From the IMG/VR virus record IMGVR_UViG_3300027628_000003, positions 1-64,000 of that record: 64,000 bases of DNA. The stretch is one strand, 5' to 3'. Position 1 is the first letter of the stretch, and every line of letters begins with the position of its first letter. This DNA comes from a virus. This document shows positions 7,994 through 16,359 of this stretch, in pieces. The notes beneath the pieces were generated by a model. That model made no database searches. It was not told the DNA's origin and saw nothing but the letters and a program-made list of their open reading frames with translations. A program made the position numbers and the translations under genes.

Positions 7994-8708
7994 CTAATTC
8001 CCTCCTAATTTGTCTAGCATACTTATTTATTTCAGTCACAGTCTTATTGACTGTAGACTTACTCACACCAATAACTTCAGCCATTTGTCTCTGTGTAAGC
8101 ATATCCCCTGCATCTCTCTTTACTTCTGACAGGAAAATATCTAACACCTTGGCTTCATTCTTACGTCTGAAACGTCTTTTTAGGTAAGGCAGAATTATAT
8201 CAAATTCCTCTAGGTCTGCTATAGAGTTATATCGTGTGTCTTCAGCAGATAGATATACTTCCTCTAATGTACGTTCCTTACCACTATTATTGTTAGACGC
8301 TTTTTCATCATCCCTTTTACCTGCATCATCCTGTAGGCTGGCTGCTTCAATCTCTCTGTACTTATAGTATCTGTATACCTCTCTTATCTTGTTGTCCATA
8401 CAGAAACTAGCATAGGAGGTAAACTTACCACCCTTGAATGTTTCTATAGCTCTGTACATAGCAAAGCTGACATCACTAAACAGGTCTTCTGGAGTAATTC
8501 TGTTCCTATTACAGAATTTGATTATTCCTCCACTAGGAAACCATTTATCCATACATTTAATCACGATACCAACATTGTTAAGGTAGATTGTCTCCTTTAT
8601 ATCCTTACGTTCCTCTTCTGTCTTGGCACTCTCTAATTGTGCGAATAACTCAGCGTTGTCATACTGATACTTAGGGGTAATCCCTCCAACAGCAAAGTAT
8701 GTAGCCAT
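7962..8708 (-). CDS. sigma-70-family (region 2 / region 4) RNA polymerase sigma-like factor
   Basis: 248 aa. Region-2-like EDLFSDVSFAMYRAIETF...FTSYASFCMDNKIREVYR and a C-terminal HTH LTQRQMAEVIGVSKSTVNKTV. Confidence 0.7.
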   Translation of the reverse strand: MATYFAVGGITPKYQYDNAELFAQLESAKTEEERKDIKETIYLNNVGIVIKCMDKWFPSGGIIKFCNRNRITPEDLFSDVSFAMYRAIETFKGGKFTSYASFCMDNKIREVYRYYKYREIEAASLQDDAGKRDDEKASNNNSGKERTLEEVYLSAEDTRYNSIADLEEFDIILPYLKRRFRRKNEAKVLDIFLSEVKRDAGDMLTQRQMAEVIGVSKSTVNKTVTEINKYARQIRRELDESELQRQTN

Positions 8709-8771
8709 TTCTATACACTTCCTTTTCTAAGGTTATTAGAGAGTGCCAATTGGGGAACTCCCTTTCACCCA

Positions 8772-8804
8772 TAAAAAAAGGAGGGGTTTGAAAATCAACC
8801 CCTC
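8772..8804 (-). terminator. intrinsic terminator
   Basis: GAGGGGTT-N8-AACCCCTC followed by CTTTTTTTAT. Confidence 0.7.
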
Positions 8805-9082
8805 GGAAGTACCGACCCTGCATATTTGGCTATATAGCCTTTAGCAGGCTCGAATCTATCAATATTCGCCTGTATATCTTCTGCATTAGCAAACTCCGCT
8901 ACACCTTCTACCTTTCTAAAACCCCACTTAGTAAAGTAAGAGGATACGTGTTGTCTAATAGCCTCACCTTTAGTAAAGCCATCTGATGCCTTTCGAATGT
9001 AGTATTTACCATTCTTGTGATATAGTATCTTATCATCTTTGTGGTCTTTAGTGAGTTTAATACCTTCTACTACCATTTTCAT
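8795..9082 (-). CDS. hypothetical protein
   Basis: 95 aa, lying 10 nt downstream of the 932-aa gene. A terminator overlaps its stop. Confidence 0.6.
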   Translation of the reverse strand: MKMVVEGIKLTKDHKDDKILYHKNGKYYIRKASDGFTKGEAIRQHVSSYFTKWGFRKVEGVAEFANAEDIQANIDRFEPAKGYIAKYAGSVLPRG

Positions 9083-9092
9083 TTAGTCCACC

Positions 9093-11891
9093 TCATTCAT
9101 ATCTTAATCCTATACCTTGTGACTCTGCAAACATTTTCATTAGCTCATGGTGGTCTTGCCATGCTGGGTCACTCTGCCAGTGTTCAGGTACTAGAACATG
9201 GTCTACGTCCTTAGCCAAATCCACTCCCCCAAGTACCTGTGCTTCAAAGTACTCTTTATCGTCATTGAATGTTGTACCCTCAATAACGGAGTTCATAGCA
9301 CGTCTACGCTTACCATCAGCATTCTTAGGCTCTTTCCAACGCCCAAACCAACGGTGTATTACTAGGTGATGTGGGTCTGTAGCAGAGTGTACTAGTTTAC
9401 CTTCTTTACCATAAGGTATTGAGTTAGAGTCGTGTGGCGTACCAGAAGCACGTTTCTTAACATCTTCCTTCATTACTAGGGCTGCACCACCATGTTGTCC
9501 TAGGCTCAAGCCCTGGTTAAAGATATCTAGCACACCATATACTGGGCGCTCATGGTCTTCTGCACCATCAAAGTCATCACCATAGATATCACGTTCAATG
9601 ACCTCTCTATGCTCTCTGTCATACCCTCTGTCTAATTGGAAATCGTTCTTTAGCTTACCTGAAGACATCATTTCCTCTAGCATAGATGTACCACTGTCTA
9701 GCATTTCTGTAGGATCAAAGTGTATCATTAACTTAGCATTACGGGCACCTTCAACAAAGGCATCATATACTTCATCTACCATTGCTGTATTGGTAGGGTC
9801 AATACCGTGGTCAAGAGCTAACGACTTAGTAGCCCACTTCTTAGCACGATGTTCAAATTTCTTACTGTTAAGTTTGGCTCTATCAATACCTACTCTCTCA
9901 TGGAGAGTCAGAGTAACGTTGTCACCATAATCAAACTCTTCAGCTTGAATTCTTCCCTCTGTATTGAAATCGTCGTTAGTCATCTTAAACTTATTACCTT
10001 TGGCAATGTGCTTCTGAATAGCAGTCGCTACCCTCATCCATCTGATAGCTGGGTGTTCCACTACATTACCCTTCTTATCTAATAGGTCTACTTCAATACC
10101 TTGCTTCAGTGCTTGGTCTTCTAAAGCCTTCTTACCATACTTCTTACCAAGAGCTTTAACCTGTTCACGAACTGCATCTGTTACAATAGTATTGGCTTCC
10201 TCCATAAGATGTTTACGTCTTGTACGTACTCCATTCAACATCTTACCTTTAGATAATTCTTTCTTGATAGCCATAGCACAGTTTTTCCAATCAATGTCAG
10301 GGTCTTTATGGTTCTCTTTCCATAGTAGGTCATGGTCTCTACACCAGTCCTTAATCTTTTCCCTGTCAAAGTCAAACTTGTTACAGAACATAAGGAAGAA
10401 CTTGTGGTCATCATCTTTCTTAATCTGTTTCATCTTTTCACTAGAGTCCTTATCGCTATGTGGCACTTCAAACTTGTTACCAGCAGCTATGTGTTCAGAT
10501 ATAGCATTGAAAACCCTAGTCCATAGAATCTTCTCATCTGTTAGTAATGTTCCATCTGCCTTCTTATCGTTCCACTTAATGCCAGCCTTTTCTGCACAAT
10601 CCATGATGTAGGATTTAGTATACATCTTATTAACATAACGCTTGAAGTGTTCCATATCATCTACATATTCTACAGGAACATCCACAACCATATGCTGACC
10701 ACGTTGAGTACCATCTGCTGATACACCCTTGCCAGAGGCAGATACTTCCTTCTTATTACCTTCTTCATCGGTAACTTCAGTCATTACGTCCTCTTTTAGT
10801 GCATCCTCATATTCTTTCTTCAGTTTAGGATTACCTAGTACAATTGCAGGAGCATGAGTCAGTCCTAATTCTCTAGCTAGGTCTACAAGGTGGTGCCCCT
10901 CAAGTATCTCCCCTTTATGGTTGACCTTAACAGGCTGTAACTTCTCACCTCTGTGGTATTTCTCCTTGGCTTCATTGTAGGCTTCCTTGTCAGTAGAGTA
11001 ATTGTGTTCCTTATTCTTGAAGTCCTTTACCTCATGCTGGACTACTGGGAAACGGTTATGCTGACGTCTCTCTATTTCCTTTACCGACTTGTCATCATGC
11101 TTGTATGTTGTATGATTCTCTTGGTCAGGTACTTTTTGATGTACTTCAGCCTTCTCATCATTGGGGTCAATCCACTGCATACGATAGAAGACTTTTCCAT
11201 CCTTACCCTTAACCATTACACGTCTCTTAACTAGCTTTCCTCTGTTAAGAGTGGCTTTATTGATGTCAAGTACTAGAGCTACTTTGTTGTATTCTGGTCT
11301 GCCCTCAATCACCAAGTCTACAGACTTCCATACAGCACGATACTTCCCTTTTGCGTCTCTTAACTTGTCTGGGTCATCTCCCACTACCTTACAAGGAACG
11401 TGTGTATATCCTAGCTCTTTGGAAGCTTCCCATCTATGGTGCCCATCGTGGACATCATAGTTATATCCGATTTCAACGGGTTGAAGTGGCTTACCCATTC
11501 GCATCGAAACTTTGTTTTGAGCGATTTTTCTCCTATTAAGTGCTAGGCGAGTTTGGTAGACTTGCTTCAAACGGTTGACTGGAATGTAAATTACACCGTG
11601 GTCAGAATGCACCTTGTACGCATGACGTCTAGCACCCCTAGGAAGATGAACACGTCCTGCCTTTGCTACCTCTTCTTCGTGGATTATTTTCTCTAACTCA
11701 AAGTACTCTTCTATGTACTCCTCATCAGATTTAATAATTAGTTCTGGCTCTGTGCTCTTCCATACCTCTGGGCGTAGGTCATTCTTGAAGTTCTCTAAAC
11801 CTAGCTCATGTACTAACTTATCCTTTTTCTTATCTTTTTTGGAATCTTTAGGCTTAGCATCTATTCTAATGTAGCATTTTCTTCTACTCAC
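9093..11891 (-). CDS. large polyvalent-type protein with two ParB/Srx-fold (nuclease-like) domains, three internal repeats and an unassigned C-terminal domain
   Basis: 932 aa with a GTG start after aagaaggagg. ParB-type boxes are IPVNRL...QPVEIGYNYDVHDGHHRWEASKELGYTHVPCKVV (aa ~100-170) and QPVKVNHKGEILEGHHLVDLARELGLTHAPAIVL (aa ~318-352). There are three repeats of type GI.W...I.W.RV..AI..HIA.GNKF (aa ~430-650). Confidence 0.75.
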   Translation of the reverse strand: MSRRKCYIRIDAKPKDSKKDKKKDKLVHELGLENFKNDLRPEVWKSTEPELIIKSDEEYIEEYFELEKIIHEEEVAKAGRVHLPRGARRHAYKVHSDHGVIYIPVNRLKQVYQTRLALNRRKIAQNKVSMRMGKPLQPVEIGYNYDVHDGHHRWEASKELGYTHVPCKVVGDDPDKLRDAKGKYRAVWKSVDLVIEGRPEYNKVALVLDINKATLNRGKLVKRRVMVKGKDGKVFYRMQWIDPNDEKAEVHQKVPDQENHTTYKHDDKSVKEIERRQHNRFPVVQHEVKDFKNKEHNYSTDKEAYNEAKEKYHRGEKLQPVKVNHKGEILEGHHLVDLARELGLTHAPAIVLGNPKLKKEYEDALKEDVMTEVTDEEGNKKEVSASGKGVSADGTQRGQHMVVDVPVEYVDDMEHFKRYVNKMYTKSYIMDCAEKAGIKWNDKKADGTLLTDEKILWTRVFNAISEHIAAGNKFEVPHSDKDSSEKMKQIKKDDDHKFFLMFCNKFDFDREKIKDWCRDHDLLWKENHKDPDIDWKNCAMAIKKELSKGKMLNGVRTRRKHLMEEANTIVTDAVREQVKALGKKYGKKALEDQALKQGIEVDLLDKKGNVVEHPAIRWMRVATAIQKHIAKGNKFKMTNDDFNTEGRIQAEEFDYGDNVTLTLHERVGIDRAKLNSKKFEHRAKKWATKSLALDHGIDPTNTAMVDEVYDAFVEGARNAKLMIHFDPTEMLDSGTSMLEEMMSSGKLKNDFQLDRGYDREHREVIERDIYGDDFDGAEDHERPVYGVLDIFNQGLSLGQHGGAALVMKEDVKKRASGTPHDSNSIPYGKEGKLVHSATDPHHLVIHRWFGRWKEPKNADGKRRRAMNSVIEGTTFNDDKEYFEAQVLGGVDLAKDVDHVLVPEHWQSDPAWQDHHELMKMFAESQGIGLRYE

Positions 11892-11971
11892 CTGAAAGAC
11901 CTCCTTCTTTTATTATTCATGAGGAACTTGTCTCATTACTACGTCTAACTATAAAATATTGGAGGATAAGT

Positions 11972-12004
11972 GAAAATAAAAAAGGAGGGGATAATCCCCT
12001 CCTT
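11972..12004 (-). terminator. intrinsic terminator
   Basis: AAGGAGGGG-N5-CCCCTCCTT followed by TTTTATTTTC. Confidence 0.75.
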
Positions 12005-12009
12005 TAATA

Positions 12010-12087
12010 CTACTTATTCTTCTTTTCCTTAGCCTCAGCTATAGCCTTAGTGATCTCATATACACCATTCTCAGTATGTGCGTTCAT
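12010..12087 (-). CDS. small ORF (25 aa), possible
   Basis: GGAGGTGAAATAA-ATG directly abuts the stop of 12088..12408. Reads MNAHTENGVYEITKAIAEAKEKKNK and is followed by a strong terminator. Below the 60-aa track cutoff. Confidence 0.35.
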   Translation of the reverse strand: MNAHTENGVYEITKAIAEAKEKKNK

Positions 12088-12408
12088 TTATTTCACCTCC
12101 TTCCATTGGTAAGAGATAACTTGCTCCTGCACTACCTCAGTACACTTGACACGCCCAGCAGAGTCAGTAGTGTCCATGTAGTCTACTGATTCCCATCCCT
12201 TGAAGTCATTGCCCTCTCTATAAGCAGTATACAAGTAGTACCTGCCTGTTTCATCATGCTTAAAGACAATATCCTTACTCTGCATCTTGTGTTCAACCTG
12301 CCACCCTAAATCCTCTATACATGTTAGTTCAGTTGTACTGTCTCCATCCCCAATAATGCAAAGTAACTCTGGGTGTACCCATGCACACTTGTCACCTAAT
12401 ACTATCAT
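12088..12408 (-). CDS. hypothetical protein
   Basis: 106 aa, overlaps the upstream lipoprotein gene by 1 nt. Confidence 0.6.
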   Translation of the reverse strand: MIVLGDKCAWVHPELLCIIGDGDSTTELTCIEDLGWQVEHKMQSKDIVFKHDETGRYYLYTAYREGNDFKGWESVDYMDTTDSAGRVKCTEVVQEQVISYQWKEVK

Positions 12409-12665
12409 TAATATCCTCCTCTTGGGCAGAAAGGCTTTCCATCTGCACCTAAAATTTGAGTAACGCCTTCATCAGTGACAGCGAATCTACATCCTGTAGG
12501 TTTATACTCTATATCATAGATGTCTAATCCATTATCCCTGTCACGATAGTTGCTGATAACCTTAAAATTTTCATAATCATTTTTATTAGACCCAGTATTC
12601 TCACAGGCTACTAATGACACTAGGGACAATCCGATTACCCCAAGGATAGCTAATTTCTTCTTCAT
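12408..12665 (-). CDS. small lipoprotein
   Basis: 85 aa. Signal peptide MKKKLAILGVIGLSLVSLVA-C with lipobox LVAC. ATGA overlap with the upstream gene. Confidence 0.7.
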   Translation of the reverse strand: MKKKLAILGVIGLSLVSLVACENTGSNKNDYENFKVISNYRDRDNGLDIYDIEYKPTGCRFAVTDEGVTQILGADGKPFCPRGGY

Positions 12666-12925
12666 TTAGCTTCCTCCCCATCCAGTTCATACATAGTAAT
12701 ACCGCTACCCTCATACTTTACTACTGTGTACCGTTTCTTGGTTTTCTTATGCATTACCTCAAAGATAGTAGTCATAGAGTCAATCTTGTCAGAACTCATT
12801 ACTGCATACCCAGAAGGCAGTACAGTGTTATCATCTACTAAGTTAGACCTTCCATGAGTTCCACTAGGAGCACAACCCACCAATAATAATGCTGATATAC
12901 CCACCGCTGCTAGTACCTTCTTCAT
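12662..12925 (-). CDS. small lipoprotein (paralogue of 12922..13191)
   Basis: 87 aa. MKKVLAAVGISALLLVG-C with lipobox LVGC. Shares PSGY..(M/L)S..K(I/L)D...E(V/I).HK.T..R(Y/F)T(V/I)V with the next gene. Confidence 0.7.
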   Translation of the reverse strand: MKKVLAAVGISALLLVGCAPSGTHGRSNLVDDNTVLPSGYAVMSSDKIDSMTTIFEVMHKKTKKRYTVVKYEGSGITMYELDGEEAK

Positions 12926-13191
12926 TTAGACCCCTCCATCTTTGTAACAGATGTAGCTACCCCACCATAAACTCCTGACTCAACTATGGTAAAGCGTTCA
13001 CCAGTATCTTTGTGCTTTATTTCTACTACAGATACATTGTCGTCCAGTTTAGTAACACTTAGAATATCATACCCAGAAGGATAAGATTTCTTGTTGTCTT
13101 TAGTAACTATCTGCTCTGCACCAGCATCCATACTAGTACAGCCTGCAAGTAATAGTGCTGATAAGCCAATTGCTGCTATTACTTTCCTCAT
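12922..13191 (-). CDS. small lipoprotein (paralogue of 12662..12925)
   Basis: Start moved to the ATG at 13191 (ATGA overlap with 13188..13532). MRKVIAAIGLSALLLAG-C with lipobox LAGC. Confidence 0.65.
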   Translation of the reverse strand: MRKVIAAIGLSALLLAGCTSMDAGAEQIVTKDNKKSYPSGYDILSVTKLDDNVSVVEIKHKDTGERFTIVESGVYGGVATSVTKMEGSK

Positions 13192-13532
13192 GCGTCTAAC
13201 CATCCCTTCGGGCTTTTAATCTCCAACAATCTTTCAAGTATGGCTTCATGTGTCATATGGCTGTGTAAGAAGGGTCTGAACGCATCTATCAAGTTATTGA
13301 ATGAGCCAGCGTTTAAATTACCAAAGTCATTGTATAGATTAAGCATTAATATTAGAATGTCAGCTACTTCAGATATTTTATATCCAAGCTCTCTGTTTGG
13401 TTTAGTGAATCCTGCTCTGCGTATTTCATCATACTCATGTTGTAGTTTTATAACAGGGAAGTCCCCAAAGTTAGTACTAACCTCAACAGTATGGTTATTA
13501 CCTCTTATAAATCTAACATCAATTTTTGCCAT
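13188..13532 (-). CDS. hypothetical protein (weak MazG-like helical signature)
   Basis: 114 aa. ELGYKISEVADILILMLNLY loosely resembles the MazG/dCTPase E..E..D helix. Not a firm call. Confidence 0.55.
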   Translation of the reverse strand: MAKIDVRFIRGNNHTVEVSTNFGDFPVIKLQHEYDEIRRAGFTKPNRELGYKISEVADILILMLNLYNDFGNLNAGSFNNLIDAFRPFLHSHMTHEAILERLLEIKSPKGWLDA

Positions 13533-13797
13533 TTGCGATAGCCCCCTCTAAAGTTTCATTTAGCTCCTCTAGGGTGAATGATACCTCATGTTTCTCTCTG
13601 TCATCATCGTGGTATACAGTGATAACGTCACCCTCTTGATCATACCCACCATGTGGGAAAGTACCGCTTTCTGGGTTTCTGATTAGAGCCTTTAATTGCA
13701 TTGCCATAAGCTCCACATTCTTGTTAGTTTCAGTATCTGTGATGATAACCCCACTTAAAAATCCTGCACCAAATTTACTCAATTTCAGTCTGCTCAC
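13519..13797 (-). CDS. hypothetical protein
   Basis: 92 aa, GTG start, 14-nt overlap with the next gene. Confidence 0.55.
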   Translation of the reverse strand: MSRLKLSKFGAGFLSGVIITDTETNKNVELMAMQLKALIRNPESGTFPHGGYDQEGDVITVYHDDDREKHEVSFTLEELNETLEGAIANGKN

Positions 13798-13825
13798 TAC
13801 TGATTCCTCCCTCTCAACGTCTTCA

Positions 13826-13858
13826 CAAAAATAAAAGAGGAAGAGTCGAAACTCTTCC
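13826..13858 (-). terminator. intrinsic terminator
   Basis: GGAAGAGT-TTCG-ACTCTTCC followed by TCTTTTATTTTTG. Confidence 0.75.
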
Positions 13859-13867
13859 CCTTGGTGT

Positions 13868-14257
13868 CTATTTCTCTAAATCAGGTAACTCACAACCGCA
13901 CTTCTTCATAGAACGCAGCCACTTATCCTCGGTTGTATGCCCATCCCAGTTAGGCTCAATCTGTGGGAGGTTTCCTAGGTCAAAGTCGTCTGGTACATGG
14001 AAGGTCATCCGTCCATCAAATAAGCTGATGGCTCTAGACCATCCCTCCCCGATAGTATGGTTATACCAACCACATACGGGAGCATCTTTGGTCTCAGCTT
14101 TACTCCCTACCATCTTTAGATAATTGGCAAACTCCCTGTAAGCCTCATTTGCATAGGTTGCAAAATGTAGGGCTAACATGTTTCTTTCCCAATAAGCACC
14201 ATCCTGTGCCTCCTTAGGACTCATTCCCTCTTTCCATACATACGGTGTCATTGCCAT
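13868..14257 (-). CDS. hypothetical protein with a literal WDGH motif
   Basis: 129 aa. Contains ...YWERNMLA... and ...EPNWDGHTTEDKW.... A terminator follows the stop. Confidence 0.6.
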   Translation of the reverse strand: MAMTPYVWKEGMSPKEAQDGAYWERNMLALHFATYANEAYREFANYLKMVGSKAETKDAPVCGWYNHTIGEGWSRAISLFDGRMTFHVPDDFDLGNLPQIEPNWDGHTTEDKWLRSMKKCGCELPDLEK

Positions 14258-14457
14258 TGTCCATTCCCCTTTCTCATGCTACAAGTAGCACCATTGAATC
14301 TAGTTACATAATGTTCCTGCATTCCGTATCCTTCTAGTTGCTTGTCTACATTAAAGTCTATACCCTTGACAGCCATACCAGGGTATTCTTCCTTTAGATG
14401 TTTTATCAGAATCTCCTGAATCTCAGCAGGTGTAAGTGTTACAGTAAGTCCAGCCAT
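14248..14457 (-). CDS. hypothetical protein
   Basis: 69 aa, 10-nt overlap downstream and 2-nt gap upstream. Confidence 0.55.
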   Translation of the reverse strand: MAGLTVTLTPAEIQEILIKHLKEEYPGMAVKGIDFNVDKQLEGYGMQEHYVTRFNGATCSMRKGNGQWQ

Positions 14458-14459
14458 TA

Positions 14460-14690
14460 TTATTCCTCCCTCTTTATTACAATTCTTAGGGGCTGTGTGA
14501 GTAAGTACATTAAGATTTGTTTATCCAGTTCCTGTAGTTGCTTTGACGCTTTCTCCTTACTTCCAATAGGTTGTGTTTCATCCCACACAACATCCAGTAG
14601 GTGCTTTTTAAGAGATAGGTAAGGTTCTGGTATGTCTTGTTGGAGTATCTCGATGTCAGTCCACTTTAGTGTACCAAATGTCTCCATCAT
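14460..14690 (-). CDS. hypothetical protein
   Basis: 76 aa, ATGA overlap with the upstream gene. Confidence 0.55.
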   Translation of the reverse strand: MMETFGTLKWTDIEILQQDIPEPYLSLKKHLLDVVWDETQPIGSKEKASKQLQELDKQILMYLLTQPLRIVIKREE

Positions 14691-15331
14691 TTACCCTCCT
14701 TGTGCTTGAAGTGTACTCTACGGTTAATTAACTTAGTCTCGCACCAATTCGATTCAAACTCCCTAAGAGCCTTTGCTAGGGAGTTCTTAGGGTTAGAGTA
14801 GTGCGTTTCGCAATGGTCTAGTATTTCGTTCATGGAAACCCAGCCACCCTTCAACTTTAGATACTTCTTCACCCTATCTATAGTCAGCTTGTAGTTGGTT
14901 ACGTACCCCCCACCACTTGAGCCACCCTCTAGCCACGTTTGGTGTTCAGGCTTTAGAACATCATCCCATTTAGTATTCTTATAAGGTCGATTAAACTTAG
15001 CCTTCAGTATTATGTCGGCTTTCCTCCAGCCACGGTCACTTACCTCTATAATGCCAATTCCCATACCAGACAGCAGGTTCCACACAAATGTAGGTATTGC
15101 TTTCTTACGTCTAGGTATGGCAATATAGATATAATGACCAAATCGCTTCCACTTATACGCTTGCTCAATAAGTTCCATTGACAGTGAAGTCTTCATCTCC
15201 ACTATGGCTACGGCAGGCTTGTTGTAACCAATTACGTCAGCCCTACCACTACCACCCCAAGAATTAACTTCTACCTCGGCATAGACCTCGTAGCCAATGC
15301 CTTCAAGTAGCTCTTTAACATACTTATACAT
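14687..15331 (-). CDS. PD-(D/E)XK-fold nuclease-like protein
   Basis: Start moved to the ATG at 15331 (MYKYVKELLEG...), 1 nt after the stop of the small membrane ORF. GRADVIGYNKPAVAIVEMKTS fits D-X13-E-X-K. Confidence 0.6.
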   Translation of the reverse strand: MYKYVKELLEGIGYEVYAEVEVNSWGGSGRADVIGYNKPAVAIVEMKTSLSMELIEQAYKWKRFGHYIYIAIPRRKKAIPTFVWNLLSGMGIGIIEVSDRGWRKADIILKAKFNRPYKNTKWDDVLKPEHQTWLEGGSSGGGYVTNYKLTIDRVKKYLKLKGGWVSMNEILDHCETHYSNPKNSLAKALREFESNWCETKLINRRVHFKHKEGK

Positions 15332-15332
15332 T

Positions 15333-15509
15333 TCATTTTCTTTCACGTTTACCCCACCCATACAGTATGGTGATTGCAAAAAGACACAGGCAGCAAGCTA
15401 CAATCAGTATGCCGACTGCTCTTGCTAAACCTGTATCAAAGTAACTCATTATTGTTCCTGTGATTAAAACCACTAGTCCGATTACTAGTACAATTAATTT
15501 GTCTATCAT
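15333..15509 (-). CDS. small membrane protein (58 aa)
   Basis: RBS aggagagacagaaaa before the ATG. MIDKLIVLVIGLVVLITGTIMSYFDTGLARAVGILIVACCLCLFAITILYGW gives two hydrophobic helices. Below the track cutoff. Confidence 0.45.
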   Translation of the reverse strand: MIDKLIVLVIGLVVLITGTIMSYFDTGLARAVGILIVACCLCLFAITILYGWGKRERK

Positions 15510-15528
15510 TTTTCTGTCTCTCCTGTTA

Positions 15529-15897
15529 TTAGTCGTTCTTGTTAGGGTTTCTTGGTGCTGTAGGTCTTACTGTAGTAGTCGCACAAGACAATCTAGTTGT
15601 CTCTAGTAAGCCAAATGTGTTTGTTTCAGCATCAATAGTAAGTGCATAACGGAAGATAGCACCATTGTTCTGGATATGAACAATACTTGTTATAGTTGCA
15701 GGACTTTCAACTGGTACAGATAAGCTAGCAATATAGTTAATTGCTTCTGCTTTAGTTCCTAGAGTTACTGTGTTACGATTTCCCTTTGATTCGTCTAAAT
15801 CTTTGTACTCAGTAGTAATTACCCATACACCATCGGAGTAATTCTTGTAGTTCATATAACCCCATGTGCCTTCAGCTTTCTTATCAAATGGATACAT
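15529..15897 (-). CDS. hypothetical protein
   Basis: 122 aa, first gene after the 16.0-kb terminator/AT-rich gap. Confidence 0.6.
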   Translation of the reverse strand: MYPFDKKAEGTWGYMNYKNYSDGVWVITTEYKDLDESKGNRNTVTLGTKAEAINYIASLSVPVESPATITSIVHIQNNGAIFRYALTIDAETNTFGLLETTRLSCATTTVRPTAPRNPNKND

Positions 15898-16029
15898 GTA
15901 AATCCCTCCCTTGAGTTTTCAAAATGAAAAAACCAAACTATAAAAACTCTTCTCCTTTGTATACTAAAGTGCACTCTTTAAATTAAAAATAATAAAAAAT
16001 TAACCTTTTAAAACTTTTCTCTTTAATAC

Positions 16030-16067
16030 TAAAAATAAAAAAGACTACTCTATGAGTAGTCTTTTTT
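16030..16067. terminator. bidirectional terminator
   Basis: AGACTACTC-TAT-GAGTAGTCT flanked by an A-run and a T-run. Confidence 0.75.
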
Positions 16068-16074
16068 AAATGGA

Positions 16075-16272
16075 CTATGCCTTACGTGCGTAAGTCTTGT
16101 CCAGTTCAGCTATCAGCTTAGTCATGTCAATGTCAGTAGGAACGATTTTAGCAGGTGTGCCACCTAAACCTAAAGCGGTTTTCACACTCGGTACATCAAT
16201 CTCGTTACCCATGATTTTGACTTGCTTTCCTAAACCAGGAATATACTTAGAACCAGGATATGGTTTTGGCAT
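16075..16272 (-). CDS. hypothetical protein (65 aa)
   Basis: RBS aaaaaggaggtattccc before the ATG. A bidirectional terminator follows the stop. Confidence 0.5.
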   Translation of the reverse strand: MPKPYPGSKYIPGLGKQVKIMGNEIDVPSVKTALGLGGTPAKIVPTDIDMTKLIAELDKTYARKA

Positions 16273-16336
16273 GGGAATACCTCCTTTTTCGTAATCAAGT
16301 ATAAAATTCGTATCCTCAATGCACAGGTCATATCAT

Positions 16337-16359
16337 AGAAAAAGACCCACTAGGGGTCT
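16337..16359 (-). terminator. intrinsic terminator
   Basis: AGACCC-N5-GGGTCT followed by TTTTTC. Confidence 0.55.

Noticed and set aside
6160-11539. Many plus-strand ORFs of 60-190 aa antisense to long minus-strand genes, such as 6160..6732, 9598..9930, 10192..10611 and 10953..11234. Similar ones occur throughout the window.
   Set aside because: They lie wholly inside well-supported genes on the other strand and lack RBSs. They are Ser/Leu/Phe-rich, as expected for antisense frames of AT-rich coding DNA.
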